NCBI RefSeq assembly: GCF_020745735.1
Contig: NC_083412.1
Span: forward strand, 21,198,235-21,262,234
From: Hemiscyllium ocellatum
Taxonomy: Eukaryota
DNA: 64,000 nucleotides
Direction of reading: 5' to 3'
Part shown: piece after piece, positions 37,003-50,729 of the stretch
Position numbering within the stretch: the stretch's first letter is position 1
How the letters are laid out: every line of letters starts with the position of its first letter
Made by a program: the position numbers and the translations under genes
Notes under the pieces: generated by a model
What the model was told of the DNA's origin: nothing
Databases searched by the model: none
The model's input: only the letters and a program-made list of their open reading frames with translations

Positions 37003-37089
37003 CTGGAACCCATGTCAATGGGGCTGCTACAGCATTACTAGCACTTATCCGATGTGCGTATTTAATAAGCTCTTCAGATGAGATGGCAC
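37003..37089 (-). CDS. MED4: MED4 exon 5 (87 nt)
   Basis: [29 protein letters not shown](G); AG/GT boundaries in phase. Confidence 0.96.
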
Positions 37090-37314
37090 CTGCAAAGAAA
37101 ACAGAATCGTAACTGTTTACTGATCTGATCTTCAAAAAAAACAGTAAAAGTATCTCTGCCTAATCAGATAAAAAATGTATTTACTCACACAAGAAGACAG
37201 AATACTAACCCTAACTCTTGCAGGTCACATTTCAGGAAGGCGCCAGACATCCAAGCACAATTGATGATGAGCATTACATTATAGTCATCATGTAGTGAAT
37301 ATATACACACACAT

Positions 37315-37632
37315 TTAGATTAGATTAGATTCCCCATCAGTGGAAACAGGCCCTTCGGTTCAACAAGTCCACACCGACCCTCCAAATGGTAACCCACCCA
37401 GACCCATTTCCTTTTGACTAATGCGCCTAACACTATGGGCAATTTCTCACGGCCAATTCACCTAAACTGCACAACTTTGGACTGTGGGAGGAAACCGAAG
37501 CACCCGGAGGAAACCGACATAGACACGGGGAGAATGTGCAAACTCCACATAGACAGTCGCCGAGGCTGGAATCAAACTTGGGTCCATGGCACTGTGAGGC
37601 AGCATTGCTAACCACTGAGCAACCGTGCCGCT
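37315..37632 (-). mobile_element. HE1-like V-SINE
   Basis: V-domain and CR1-type tail. Confidence 0.85.
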
Positions 37633-38547
37633 CCTAAAAAGTATAACTAGTCCTACATAAAACTTTAGGAGAATTACAAAAAGCTTGCTACTAAGGATGT
37701 TTTAATTGTATTCTCCAATGTAAAAACAAAAGGGGGTATGTTATCAGAAACCCTTATGTTACAGGATTTCACAAACAGCAGCTTCAAAAACTCTCAATGT
37801 CTCTCCATCTAGAAGGACAAGGGTAACATATGCATGGGAATATCTTTTCAAGTTCCCCTCCAAGCCACTCATCATCCTGACTTGGAACTATAATCAGTGT
37901 TCCATCACAGAGTTAAAATCCTGGAACTCACGTCCTTTCATGGCAAGATCTGCAGCTGTTTAAGAAAGCAGCTTATCATCACCTTCTGGAGGGGAATTAT
38001 TTATCACCTATTCCTACTGACTAAGCCAGTGACGCCCACATTCCCATTAATTTAGTTTTAAAACAAGAGAAGAACTTAAGAGATATCAGAAAATGAATAA
38101 GGGTACAAACTAATCCAAAAACATACAATAGAATGTTTATGATCTAGAACGAAATAGTTTTAGGATACAGTGTAGCATATTTAAAGCAGATGAGTAGAAA
38201 TTACTTCTCTCAAACATTTTGTGAATCTGTGACATTCACCACACCAGAATGCAGTGGATCTTGAGATATTAAGTAAATTTAAGTAGATTGACAGATTTTT
38301 AAGTAGTAATGGGTTGAGGGGTTATGGAGAGCGGATAGAAAAGTGGAATGGAGGCTGAAATGAAATGAGGCTGATTTTATTAAATGGCAAAGCAGGCTGA
38401 AGGGGTGAACAACCTAATCCTACTCCTATTTCTTATATTCTAACAACTTCATTCAGAAATAAGTCTTGTTATTAGACCTTCGTTAATTGTCTCTGCAGTT
38501 CAGTAGCTGCAACAGTTCAAAGTTTCTGTCCAGTTGAAAATGTCTAC

Positions 38548-38605
38548 CTTTCCTTGCTTTCTCTATCGATTTTAATTTCTCTTTGGCTTGATACACAGCA
38601 GTTGC
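38548..38605 (-). CDS. MED4: MED4 exon 4 (58 nt)
   Basis: ATAVYQAKEKLKSIEKARK(G); ttcag| acceptor, G|GTAGAC donor. Confidence 0.95.
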
Positions 38606-40215
38606 CTGAAAAGAATGAACACAATTAGTACTTCATTTAACAGGTAGAAATTTACTTTGTCTAAGTATCAACTAAAAGTGCAGATCTAAATGTGGCTTTT
38701 CTAGAACAACTATTAAACTGGTTAAGCAGCCCCATTAATTGAGAAGCCTTAAGAAAGAGCAACTTAAAAAAATTAAGTTAAGCTTGCATATTAACATAGG
38801 TTCCAAGCAAATTTCTGAAAAATAAAACTAAGATGCAATGAAGATCAAAATAGTATCCATATAATAGTCATGGGCTCAAGTGAATTCTATGGCATCTTGG
38901 AAAATAATTCCACTGAAGACTTTAAATGAGCTTAAGTAATTAGTCTGATAATAAAGACAAGCATTCAACTTATGGTACTGTCCTATGTATCTGGAAAAAA
39001 TGATAGATTGAAAGAAAGAAGGAACAACGCATGTCTCATGATGATATGTAGTACAGCCAAAAGAATCACACATTAATGGGGTCAGCAAACCTTTCTTATA
39101 TTTTTAGTGGGGTCTTCCAAGCATATGTACTAGGTAGAACCATTACATTTTTCTGAATTTATGTATGATTTAGACTTGGTTGTATTCAGCACAATTTCAG
39201 AATTTGCAGATGGCATAAAACTTGAAAATACAGTGAACTGTGAGGAAATTGATGATAAAGTTGACATAGCCAGGCTGATGGAATGCGTGGATATGCAGCA
39301 GGGGAAATTTAATTTATAGAAGTGTGATGTGGTGCATTTTGTTAGGAAAGAAAAAGAGCTGCACTATGTAGGAGCAGAGGGACTTCAGGAGTTATATGTC
39401 CACAAAGTGTTGAAGGTAGCAGAGCAGATTGCAAAAGGAAAGAGCTTATGATGACTTTAAAAAAAAAAGAGTAGAATAGTAATTCAGCCTTGCTGAGTAT
39501 TGTATCTAATTCTGAAGGATGTGAAGGCATCAAACTGGGTGCAGAAAATATTTACAAGAATGGTTCTAGGGCTGAGACACTTCACTTCCAGGTTAAAGTG
39601 GATAGGCTGAAGTTGTTGTTCTTAGAGAAGATAAGGTTGAAAGCAGATGTGACAGAGGTGTTCACAACGATAAGGGGTCTAAACGTTAGATATAAGGAAA
39701 CCGTTCCCAGTGGTCAAAGGTGAGAAACCAAATGACACCTATTTGAAGTGTTTGGCAAAAGAACCATAAGTGACATCAAAAAGTGTTTGAAATCTATAAT
39801 TCACTGATTGATGGGGGCATGGAGGGAGATTCGTCTGGGTTTTTCAAGGGGAAATTGGATAAGCACATAAAGTGAAAAAACTTTACAGGCTGAAGTTTTG
39901 GTTAAATTGGTCTTGAAGGGAGCTTTGATTTGAGGACTAAATATCTTCCAACTGTGTTGTAACCAGTTCTGTAGCTCAATGAAACCAAGTCAACAAGAGT
40001 AAAGAGATTTATGAAGTAGAAAAAAAAAGTGTTCCACTGTCACATTTTGGGAACTTGATTAGATTCATTGACAACATCTGACTGAAACCTTAGAAAAGCA
40101 AAGTGAAAAAAAGGGAAACATCAATTATCTGCCAATCCCCAATATTAAATGGTAAAATCTGCTCCAGATTTTAAGACCTGTGAAAATTGTACATTTCCAA
40201 GTAGCTGTAACTCAC

Positions 40216-40386
40216 TAATATGTGTTCAGCCTCTTTGAGCTGTTTCTGTAACTGCTGGATGTCACCATCTCTTTTTTCCACCTCTTTCTCCAGAAGATGC
40301 ATTTCCTCTTGGATCTTGCCTTGTTCTATTGCTACTCTTACTATTTCTTGGAATGCTCCATCTTTCTGTATCAACAGATCCAGGAT
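40216..40386 (-). CDS. MED4: MED4 exon 3 (171 nt)
   Basis: [57 protein letters not shown]; tcag| acceptor, |GTGAGT donor. Confidence 0.96.
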
Positions 40387-42162
40387 CTGAAAAACAAATA
40401 TGACATTTTAAGAAGTTGTTTAAACTAATACTACAATTGACTGGCATTATTCAAATACTTGAAATAACTGGTTTTGAAAGTTGGTGGTAGAATGCTGTTC
40501 TGAGATTCTTTATGCCATTATTTCATACTTACTGGATTTTAGTATTATAAGTAATAGGAACTAGAATAAGCCATTCAGGGGTTCATTGAACCTGCTCACT
40601 GTTTAATAAGATCATGATTCATCTGTTTGTAACTTCCTTCCTGCTGCCCCTCTCTGTTTTAGATCAAAATTAGCCTTGAATATATTTGATGATCCAGCCT
40701 CCATTATATCAGTGGAAGAGAATTCCAAAGATTAACGTTCCCTCTTAAGAGAAGAAGAAATTTCCTTCATCTCCGTCTTAAATAGGTGACCCCTTATTTT
40801 TTAAATGGCATCCAGTTTTACATACCCCCCATGTGCGGAAACATATACTCATCATGTGCCATAATAAGCTGTAGCTGGAAACAATAATAATACAGAAACA
40901 TTGGAAGCAATTATGCCAAGCAATGCAATTACGCCAAGCAATGCAATTACACTTACATCTTTACACTAAGTAACAGTCACCAATTTGTTAGTCAATCTGG
41001 ACATAATTTTTCTTCTTAGAAAGACTGTTTTATTTGTGCCTCAACAAGAATACTTAATGTCAGCTGCTGTATTAAAACAAATGAATAGACATGACATATG
41101 CAAATAATATGTGCAGTCCAGGGGTCAAATATCTTTTCATTTTAGAGAACTCCTCTTCAGATTTGAGTGCTACCTTTTGTTTGCGGAGGCTCTCCTTAAA
41201 TTCACACTAACACCTTTATTAGGTGAAACAGTCTTATAGTAACATTACCTTTGGCATTTGTGTTGATATATGGGATATCTGCACTTGCACAGAAGCATAA
41301 CTGGAAGAATTCATAATATAAAATAGAATGAGTAGAATAGAATCTGTACAGTGTGGATGCAGACCATTCAGCCCAACTGGTCCACACAGATGCTCTGAAC
41401 AGCATCCCACTCAGACCCATCCCCCTACCCAATCCCTGTAACTCACCTAACCTGCACATCCCTGAACATTATGGGCAATTTTTCATGGTCAATCCACCTA
41501 ACTTGCTCATCTTTGGACTGTGGGAGGAAACCAGAAGCCTAAGACTCTCTCGTGTTTGCAGTACTTCTCCCCCATCTCCACTTTTGCAGTCCCTTTCTCT
41601 TCATTTTCTGACTTTGAAGTCCCTCTCCTCAATCCCTTTACACCAATCTTCAGTCTCTGGGCTCTGGCCTTGCGTCCCACCAACTCTCAGGCTACACTGT
41701 CTTTGGCCTTGCAGTCCTACATTGACCAGTACTTCCTCCCAGTCCCACTTTCCCTGACCACCTAATTGTGGCCCTACTTGCTCAGGCCTCTAGCCATGTT
41801 TTCCTTGGTTTTGATCGCATTGGCATCCCTAAATTGGCACTGCTCCGGGCTGAACAGAATTTGTTTACCACCACCACAACATTCCTCCTCCAATCACATT
41901 TTGCTTTTCTCAGGTTTGCTGCTGAGGGATTCATGCTGAACTTAACCTGTGATTCAAGGAGCAGCTCTTCACCAATTCTGACTATTCCACTACAGCAATG
42001 CCTTTTCCCAGAAGAGTTGCTCTCATGATTGAACTTTCATAGGTGACTTGGCTGTTTTCCAGGAAGGATCCAGTGACCATCCTGAGTATTTTAAGCACTG
42101 GTACAGTCCTTAAATCAAGACAAGTTCTCATTTCTACCTTACCCATTATTTATTAGCATACT

Positions 42163-42460
42163 TTTAGATTAGATTAGATTACTTACAGTGTGGAAACAGG
42201 CCATTCGGCCCAACAAGTCCACACCGACCCGCCGAAGCGCAACCCACCCATACCCCTACATTTACCCCTTATCTAACACTATGGGCAATTTAGCATGGCC
42301 AATTCACCTGACCTGCACATCTTTGGATTGTGGGAGGAAACCCACACAGACACGGGGAGAATGTGCAAACTCCACACAGTCAGTCGCCTGAGTCAGGAAA
42401 TGAACCCAGATCTCTGGCGCTGTGAGGCAGCAGTGCTAACCACTGTGCCACTATGCCACC
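42163..42460 (-). mobile_element. HE1-like V-SINE (a 3'-half copy also lies at ~41330-41535)
   Basis: V-domain with a small internal deletion; TTAGA repeat tail. Confidence 0.85.
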
Positions 42461-42649
42461 TTGAACCTGTGTCCCTCAGTAATTGGCCCCTCCACCCTGG
42501 AAAAAAGCCTCATACTTTCCAATCTGTCCATGCCATTCATAATCTTATAAATTTCTATTAGGTCGACCCTCAACCTCTTGCATTCTGACAATTCAGAGAA
42601 TGAAGAAGATAAGTATCAGGAAATTTCACTACATAAGATTCCCAGCATC

Positions 42650-43830
42650 CAAAGCTAGTAATGATATTTGCATTTTTAGAAAACTTCCAGTAAAGATCCA
42701 ATAAAGGAAATTAGTAAACAAAATTAAAGCACATAGAATGGTGGTTAATTTATTGCTATAGATTGAGAGTTGTATACGTGCAGAAAATAGGAATATATGT
42801 GTGAGTCTCAGAATGGCAGGCTGTTTCAGTGAGTGAGTTGGAAGAATCAGAGTGAACAGTTATGTCATAGCAATCTGATAGGTATGTGGGACCAAAGGTA
42901 AAATTTCAAAGTTTATTGACACCATAAAATGAGGTTGGAATTTAATTTGAGAGGAGTGAAAGGCCTACAACATGGCAGATAGAATAAAACATGAATACGT
43001 GTCAAGTTATCAATTTTGATTTGATTTATTATCGTCACATGTACCAAGATACAGTGAAAAGTATCATTTTGTAGACAAATCAAACATTTAAAATTTTGAT
43101 TTATAGAACACAAAAGTGAGGTATTTCTTAAATGATGAGAGTTTGGGAAGAGTTGCTGTCAAAAGGCGTCCAAATTCATGATTTACAAAAACTGGGGTAC
43201 AAGTACATCAAATGATTAGGGAGGATAATGGCATGTTAGTCTCCTTGAATACAGGAGTAAAGTTGACTGTAAATATATGGAACCCTGGTGAGATTACACC
43301 TGCAGTACAGTGTATAGTTTTGTTTAGTCTCCTTATCAAAGGATGTGTTTGACAGAGGGAGTGCAACAGAGATTTACTCGACAATTCGCTTGCCTGACAG
43401 AAGTGTCTTATGAGAAGTGATTAAAGAAATTGGAATTTTATTTGCTACAGTTTCAAAGAATGATAGGTGATTATATTGAAACTTAGAAAATTCTTACAGG
43501 ATGTGACATGGGAAATATTGAGGAATATTTCTCCTAGCTGGTGAGTCTGGAAACAAGGACATATTCTCAGAATAAAGGGAATGCCACCAAGAACAAGATT
43601 AAAAATAATTTATTAACCTAGAGGGCTGTGAACCTCTTGAATTCTCTAACCCAGTCTGTGGAAGCTCAATTTTTGAGCATATTCAAGACACAAATCAACA
43701 GATTTCTGGATACGAATAACATCAGGGATGTAAGGATAATGGGCAAAATGGAACAGTGACAAACAATTTGTTTCAGTGGTAGAACAGGTTTCTTAGGCCA
43801 ACTGGCCTAACCTTGTTCCTACTTCCTTTG
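42650..43830 (+). mobile_element. Old degenerate CR1 fragment (similar remnants at ~38190-38440, 39150-39970, 40550-40860 and 46100-47140)
   Basis: Recognisable remnants of CR1 ORF2 and 3' tail. Confidence 0.65.
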
Positions 43831-44453
43831 TTCCACTAATGTAGGAAATGAGGAGAATTGATTACATTTTTGGTAAAAAAAATCAAGCAAAACACATTTT
43901 AATTAAATACAAGCCAATCACGGAACCATGCGATACTTAAGAAATTAAAACTCATATAATTCAAAATATCCGCAGGTTTGAGTCCAGTTATCAATGACCT
44001 AATCCGCTGATATGGGAGATGGTCTCTGAGCGAAACCTGCATGCTGGGGATAAAATAGTATTTAAATAAGATCATTTATTTTCATGGTCTGACATATTAT
44101 AGATTGTGGCAGTGTGAGAATTGGGTGGGGGGGGTTGCAGAGGAGTCAGGAATGTTAATGCCTCTGTTGATAAAGCCATTTCCTCATTGGCAATGGATGT
44201 ATTTATTAATGACCCCACTTACGCTCATTCAAAGTGATAAAAATAGTCAGTTTTACAAAATGTGATTTAATATAGTACTACGGATACAGAAAAACTCCAC
44301 CCTGCCAACAGAGACAACAACAATTGCACACAAACCGGCAGCTAGAGTGTGGGTTGAATGAACAGCAACTGTTCCTACAGTGATGGGAGTGGCAGTGTCT
44401 TAGAAATAATTCAAGATTAAATGCTTTGCCTAAGGTAGGCATCTTTCATTCCT

Positions 44454-44603
44454 TAATAAAAATGTAAATTGCTGGAAAAACTCAGCAGGTCTGGCACCAT
44501 GTGTGGAGAGGAATCAGAGTTAACCTTTCCGGTCAAGTGACTCTTCCTCAGAACTTCTGGGTTTTGTTTCTGATTTAAAGCATCCTCAATTCTTTTGGGT
44601 TTT
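44454..44603 (-). mobile_element. Short Penelope-pLTR insertion next to the MED4 exon 2 donor
   Basis: TSD ATCTTTCA(T/A)TCCT at ~44441-44453 and 44604-44616; degenerate hammerhead AGTT-CTGAGGA..GGAAAGGTT-AACT. Confidence 0.7.
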
Positions 44604-44619
44604 ATCTTTCAATCCTCAC

Positions 44620-44686
44620 CTGATTTTCCTCTCCTGCTTGTGCAATTTTCTGGTTTCTGGATAATGCAAGCAACTCAATTAATTCC
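44620..44686 (-). CDS. MED4: MED4 exon 2 (67 nt)
   Basis: ttag|G acceptor; ELIELLALSRNQKIAQAGEENQ; CAG|GTGAGG donor. Confidence 0.95.
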
Positions 44687-47277
44687 CTAAGGACAAAAAG
44701 GAATAATATTAGGAAGGAAATAAACTTATGACTCCTGGTCTTGGAGAAAAACACCTTTCACTAACCTGGCCACAGATATTCATATTACTTAATGCATTCA
44801 TCAAACTGAAATGATGTCAGCACTGCAAAAAATAACTTTTTTTCACAACCAACAATAACATGAAGTACTCCCGGGTTAAATATGGCATAATCAGAAGTAA
44901 AAAAAGTGTTCCTCTAGGTCTGTTCTGAATTAACACGGCAACAACTTTGAAACAGCATATTCTACTGCACCAATCTAACATTTTGTAGGTAAGTCAACAT
45001 TGTTGACTGGCTCAATGAATAGATTTTTTTTGTCACATCATAAGTACTTTAGTGTTGTGTTCTCACATCCAGGAATAACTGTAAAAAATGTTTAAAAACT
45101 TACTTCAGGCAAAATCTTTACGACCAGCAGAGACCAGAGACATTCATTGTTGTACCTGCTTCCTCTATAAAATCTATTTTGTTTCATCAACAATGAGGCT
45201 TCCAGTGCTTTATTTATAATGCTGCATCATAGCCTGTTGCTCATGTGCACTTGACACAAACTAACAGTGGTTCCTACTGACAAATGTGAATATCAAGTGA
45301 AATGTTCTAAATATAAGCAGTAATTCGAATTGTAGTGAGGTACCTCAGGGTGCCACTCTATCATGTTGAAAGAAACTGATTTATGTACATTTCATGTAAA
45401 ATCAAGAGGAAAACTGAAATGTCACATAATGTACTTTTATGTATTTTTTAGATACAATATAGTTTAGATAAAGGTGTCAAGTGAGACACGCAATTAATTT
45501 CCCTCCCACCTCCACTCCCAGCCCCAAATGACAAACCGTTTGATGAAGCTTCAAGCCCAGGTTCAAACAAAGTGAATGATCAGCTGGATAAAGCATGGAT
45601 GGAGAGCACCAGTGTGATGATCATTACTTTTGTGGAAAGTGCAGAGCTAGGCACGTTCATGAAAACAGAAATGCTATGCCTCAATATTGTTTGTCATAAG
45701 TAATGTCCAAAGGTAACATTTCTCTCTTGGCAAAAAGAAACAGCAAGCAAAGTTGAAATATTATGGTTATTCAAATATAGTTTTTTTAAAAAAGCAGAAA
45801 AAAAAATGACATACTAAAAAGGAAAGAGAATGACCTAGTGCATATAATAACCATGTCAGGTTTCAGCTAATTTAGTGTAAATGCTGTCCTATGTCCAAGG
45901 TTTTTGACTGCTTCAATTCTTTCAAGGCATTCAATCAAGCTGCCAATAAAACAAAGACTTAAGAGAAATGCAATTGCCCCTCAATATTTACCCATAATGT
46001 GAAAAATACCTCAACTTTTAAAAAGTTAATAGCTGTAATAGTGCACATCACCCTTGAATCATTTTAAAAATCTGCCTAATACTGTCTACATACATCTGTG
46101 TTAAAAGTGAAGACGATGGGTTGTAGCTTATATGAAGATATAGATGGGTTGGTCAGATGGGTGGACCAGTGGTAAATGGTATTTAACCCTAGTAACTTAA
46201 CTTTGGAAGAAGAAACAAGAATATTTAATGATACTGGGTAGCTTAGAACAGCAGAGAGGTCTTGGTTTAATTATTTACAGGCCCTTGAGGTCAGCAGAAC
46301 AATGAATAGGATAGTTAAGGCGGCATATGGGACACTTGCTTTCTTCAGTTGTGGCATGAAGTATAATAGCAAGGACGTAATGTTGGAGTTGCACAGAGCG
46401 TTGGTCAGGCTACAATTGGAGTACTTTGTGCAGCTCTGATCACCTTGCCAGAGGAAGGATGTGATATCACTAGAGGGGGTACAGAGAAGGTTCACCAGGG
46501 TGTCGCCTGGGATGGAGAAATTGAGAGATTATGTAGGTTTGAATTGTTTTCTTCAGAGCAAGAAGTCTGAAAGGGGTCATGATTAAAGTGTATAAAATTA
46601 TGAGGGTTATGGACAGATAAATAGAGAGCAACCCCTTGATTGAGGGGTCAATCACAAGAAAGCATTGTTTTCGAGTAAGGGGCAGGGAACTTGGGAAACT
46701 CAGCAACTGGCAGGAGTCTGAAATGCACTGACTGGGAAGATAGTGGAGACCAGAAATCTTAGAACCTTTAAAAAATATTTGGATGAGTACTTCAAACATT
46801 CAAGGATATAGGACAAATTTTTATGCAGAGGGTGGTACGCATAAGGAATGAGCTGCCAGTGGAAGTGGTTGAGGGAAGTACATTAACAGCATTTAAAAGG
46901 CATTTGGACAAATACATGGATAGGAAAAAATTAGAAAGATATGAGCCACGTGCAGGGAAATGGGGTTAGCATGGACAGACATTTTGATTGGCGTGGGCCA
47001 GTTTGGGCCAAAGAGCCTGTTTCTGTGCTGTTGGACTCTGATTCCAAGTGCAGGAAATTGGAATTTGTGTACTTTTACTGGTAGTTATATCAGTGCAGAC
47101 TCAATGGGCCAAAGGGCCTTTTCTGCACTGTATATGAATCTCACAAATTGGGATAGAATTAACAGAATTTTACAAATTCCCTTGGAGGTTATAGTTGCAA
47201 ATCAATAGGACAACCAAAGAAACAACACTGTATAAGTCAAGTTAATTATTGGGGGTGCAAGTGGCATTTATTATCCC

Positions 47278-47825
47278 TAACAAAAACAGAAGTTGCTGGA
47301 AAAGCTCAGCAGGTCCGGCAGCATCTGTAAAGAGAAATCAGAGTTAACATTTCTGGTCCGGTGACCCTTCCTCAGAACTGACGGTAGCTTGGAAAACGTT
47401 AATTTATATGCAGAGGGGGGGGGAGGAGGTAAAGGGCAAATGATAGGTGGGGCTACAGCCCAAAGAGAGAGACAAGAATAGTTGGACAGACAAAGGAGTA
47501 CATAACAATCTGGCTAGGAGGGTGAATAGCTGTTAATTGAAACTGTTCGTGGCTAACAATACATAGTATGTCATGGCAGACTATGGGATGATAAGACCTT
47601 ATGTGTGAAGGAGGGGGCAAGGACATGGGAGAGGATCAGGCCCTGAATATTGAACGTGATATTGAGTCCAGAGATCTGCAGGGTCCCCATGCGGAAAATG
47701 AGATGTTGTTCTTCCAGCTTGTGCTCTGATTTCTCTGCACATATGCAGCCAGACCTCCTGAGTTTTTTCCAGCAACTTCTGTTTTTGTTTCTGATTTACA
47801 GCATCCCACAGTTCTTTCGATTTTT
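47278..47825 (-). mobile_element. Penelope-like fragment with inverted ends
   Basis: GIY-YIG end HKLEEQHLIFRMGTLQISGLNI (~47650-47723); TSD ATTTATTATCCC at 47266-47277 and 47826-47837. Confidence 0.8.
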
Positions 47826-48424
47826 ATTTATTATCCCATTCTGAGACTCGTGATTAGTGAGTATCTTGATGCACCCACTTAGAAGGACAGTTAAGACGAA
47901 TCAACCATATGAATGCATGACTGGAATCACAGAAACAAGTTCCCATCTTTAAATGTATAGACTGAACTAATTGGATTTTTACAACAATCAGGTCCGCGGT
48001 CATTTTTACTGACACCAATGTTTAATTTATTTTGAAATTAATACAGAATCTTACACTGGTTTGGTGGGATTCGAATCATTATCTGGATTATTCTGAAATG
48101 CCAGCTTTCCATCTTTTGACATCCAGGGCTCGGCTGGCTTCCTAAACTCCTATTTCCATCCTCGCTTTTCCTTTCCTCTGCCTTACACTCCCACCACAAC
48201 AAATGTTTTCTCCCATCCCACCAGCTTTTATCCACATACGGTGCTCTAGAGATTCCTTCCACATCCCTCTTCCAATGTTTGTCAGAAATAGCTGACATTT
48301 TCTCTCATTCGGAGGTCACCGGACGTTGGAGCCCAGAGTCGGAAATCCCCTTCTAAATAAAATAAATAGACGCAATCCACTCCTCGGGACGCAAAAAGAT
48401 TTTTTTTTTAAATCGGCCTCTTAC

Positions 48425-48495
48425 CGACACAACACTTCCAGATCATCCAGCAGGGACAACAGCTTCTCCTTGGTACTTCTTTCCGACGACGCCAT
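48425..48495 (-). CDS. MED4: Mediator complex subunit 4, exon 1 (71 nt)
   Basis: MASSERSTKEKLLSLLDDLEVLCR matches MED4 ST.E.LLS.L.DLEVL.R; CG|GTAAGA donor. Confidence 0.94.
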
Positions 48496-48570
48496 TACCG
48501 CCAGCTGCCACTGCGCCTGCGCGTTGGCCAGTCTCAACTCAGGCTGAGTGAGTTTCCGAAGGTGCAGACT
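48496..48570 (-). promoter_or_regulatory. MED4 promoter
   Basis: NRF1 motif TGCGCCTGCGC 48512-48522; YY1-like AATGGCG overlapping the start codon; local CpG enrichment. Confidence 0.6.
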
Positions 48571-49847
48571 TTGCTGGTGTTCACAAGTCGAGTTTGCAGT
48601 GCAGAAATAGAATAATTCACTGTTTGGACTATTATCATGAACATATGTTAATTAATATTGCCTCATTTGCAGATTAATCTCTTTCTGTTTTATTTATCTT
48701 TGCGCACAATTCCATATTGTTCTACTAAAATTAGAGATATTATTAGTTTTATTGTCACACGTACTCTGAAAAGTTTACAAGTTGCCACTTCGACACAAAG
48801 ATGCTTAGATATAGATTACTAAGTACAAATTCTTAAAGGGGTAAATAAAATGTCCAGCATTACAAATCACAGGAATAATTAGAAAAATGAATAGATGCAT
48901 TCCTATTCCAACACCTTTGTTTCTTAGTTGGAAGAGTGTTGTATTCTGGTTTGGATAGTTTGTGGCCACCAGTATGCTAAATCCAGGAATGATCTGTTCT
49001 AAGGACCTTAATTCTGATTTCTCTCCACAGATGCTACCATACTTGCTGAGCATTTCCAGAAATTTCTGTTTTCATTTCTGATTTACAGCAACTGCAGTTC
49101 TTTCAGTTTTTACTTGCTAAATTTAGGGCCTGTCTAATTATCAGTAGGAGAGGATGGACCCTCAGTGTGAGCATGTTCCCTCTAATCTGGGTAGTTGCTA
49201 GTCACACCGAGGGTCCGAACAGACCTATCAGTGTGCCTTACAATTTCTCGTACTGACTTCAGGCTCTACTGCGCACGGACCTCGAAGGTCAGTGCAGAAG
49301 AAAACAAAATTAAAGGAAATCAAAATTGTGAGCCCAAACAAAAGAACACTTGTTTTATTTAACAAGGTAGTTTTTTTATTCGCATGATAGTAATAGTTAC
49401 AGTTTAGATTACTTTGTTCCACAGAATTACTTAGGACGATCAGAAGCTGTGCAGACCAGTTGGCTTCTCTCAGGAACTCAGATGTGTGACATTATCTAAT
49501 TGGTGGACACCAGTTCAACATAAACATTAACTCCTTCTGAGCCATCATTTTTAAAATACTTCTAACCCCAAGTTGTTATCCCCCTCAGTGAATCATTTAT
49601 GCAATCTTGCAATTAACTATGATACATTTATTATTACCCATCTCCCCAAAGCCTCTGACTTCACAAATTCAGGTGATCTAGATAGTTCACAATTTCCCCA
49701 GAACCCTCCATTCTCTTCAGACTTGGGAGATGAGAGGTAGATGGCTTGAAGACTGTCCTCATTGATTCTGAGCATTGTCATCTAACGAAGGAACAGCTCT
49801 CCAAAAGCTTGTAATTTCAAATAAACCTGTTGGACTATAACCTGGTC

Positions 49848-50290
49848 TAATTAGATTACTTACAGTATGGAAACAGGCCCTTCGGCTCAACAAGTCCACA
49901 CCGATCCGCCAAAGCACAACCCACCCATACCCCTACATTTACCCCTTACTTAACACTACGGGCAATTTAGCGTGGCCAATTGTGGGCGACACGGTGGCAC
50001 AGCAGTTAGCACTGCTGCCTCACAGCGCCAGAGACCCAGGTTCAGTTCCTGACTCAGGCGACTGTCTGTGTGGGGTTTGCACATTCTCCCCGTGTCTGCA
50101 TGGGTTTCCTCCGGGTACTCTGGTTTCCTCCCACAGTCCAAAGATGTGTAGGTCAGGTGAATTGGCCATGTTAAATTGCCCGTCGTGTTAGATAAGGGGT
50201 AAATGTAGGGGTATGTGTGGGTTGCACTTCAGCGGGTCGGTGTGGACTTGTTGGGCCGAAGGGCCTGTTTCCACACTGTAAGTAATCTAA
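49848..50290. mobile_element. Inverted pair of HE1-like SINEs (3' part on minus, 49848-49980; full copy on plus, 49983-50290)
   Basis: 49848-49980 is the near reverse complement of 50161-50290. Confidence 0.85.
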
Positions 50291-50729
50291 GTCTAATGTG
50301 ACTTCTGACCTTGCCCACCACAGTCCAATAATGGCACGTCCACATCTATAAATCAGATTGAGGATCTCTTATCTCTTGGATATTGTTCACTTGGACGTCA
50401 TTCCTGGGATACTGTCATTGGTGTATTATCTTCTCTGAAGAACCATTAATTTTCTGAATTTCCTTTACAGAAGGATTCTGCTACTAACTCAGATGAGATC
50501 ATCTGGGAAACCTTTAATCTCAGGGATATCTCTTCTGGAAGACATCTGTTCTGTTGAAACAAATACTTTTCTCTCATTGTATCTCTTGGATTTCCTGTAA
50601 GAGACAACATGCTTTAGTTTTTGGAAAAATACATTGAAAAAGAAGTTGGACTGCCGTAACTGAAAAACAAGGAGAGTGTTGCAACTTGAAAATCAATTGT
50701 TGAATATTATTGGGTTGTGCAATTCATTG

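Noticed and set aside
40908-40950. 18-bp tandem repeat GCAATTA(T/C)GCCAAGCAAT, about 2.4 copies
   Set aside because: Simple slippage duplication with no spacers; not CRISPR-like and no sign of function.
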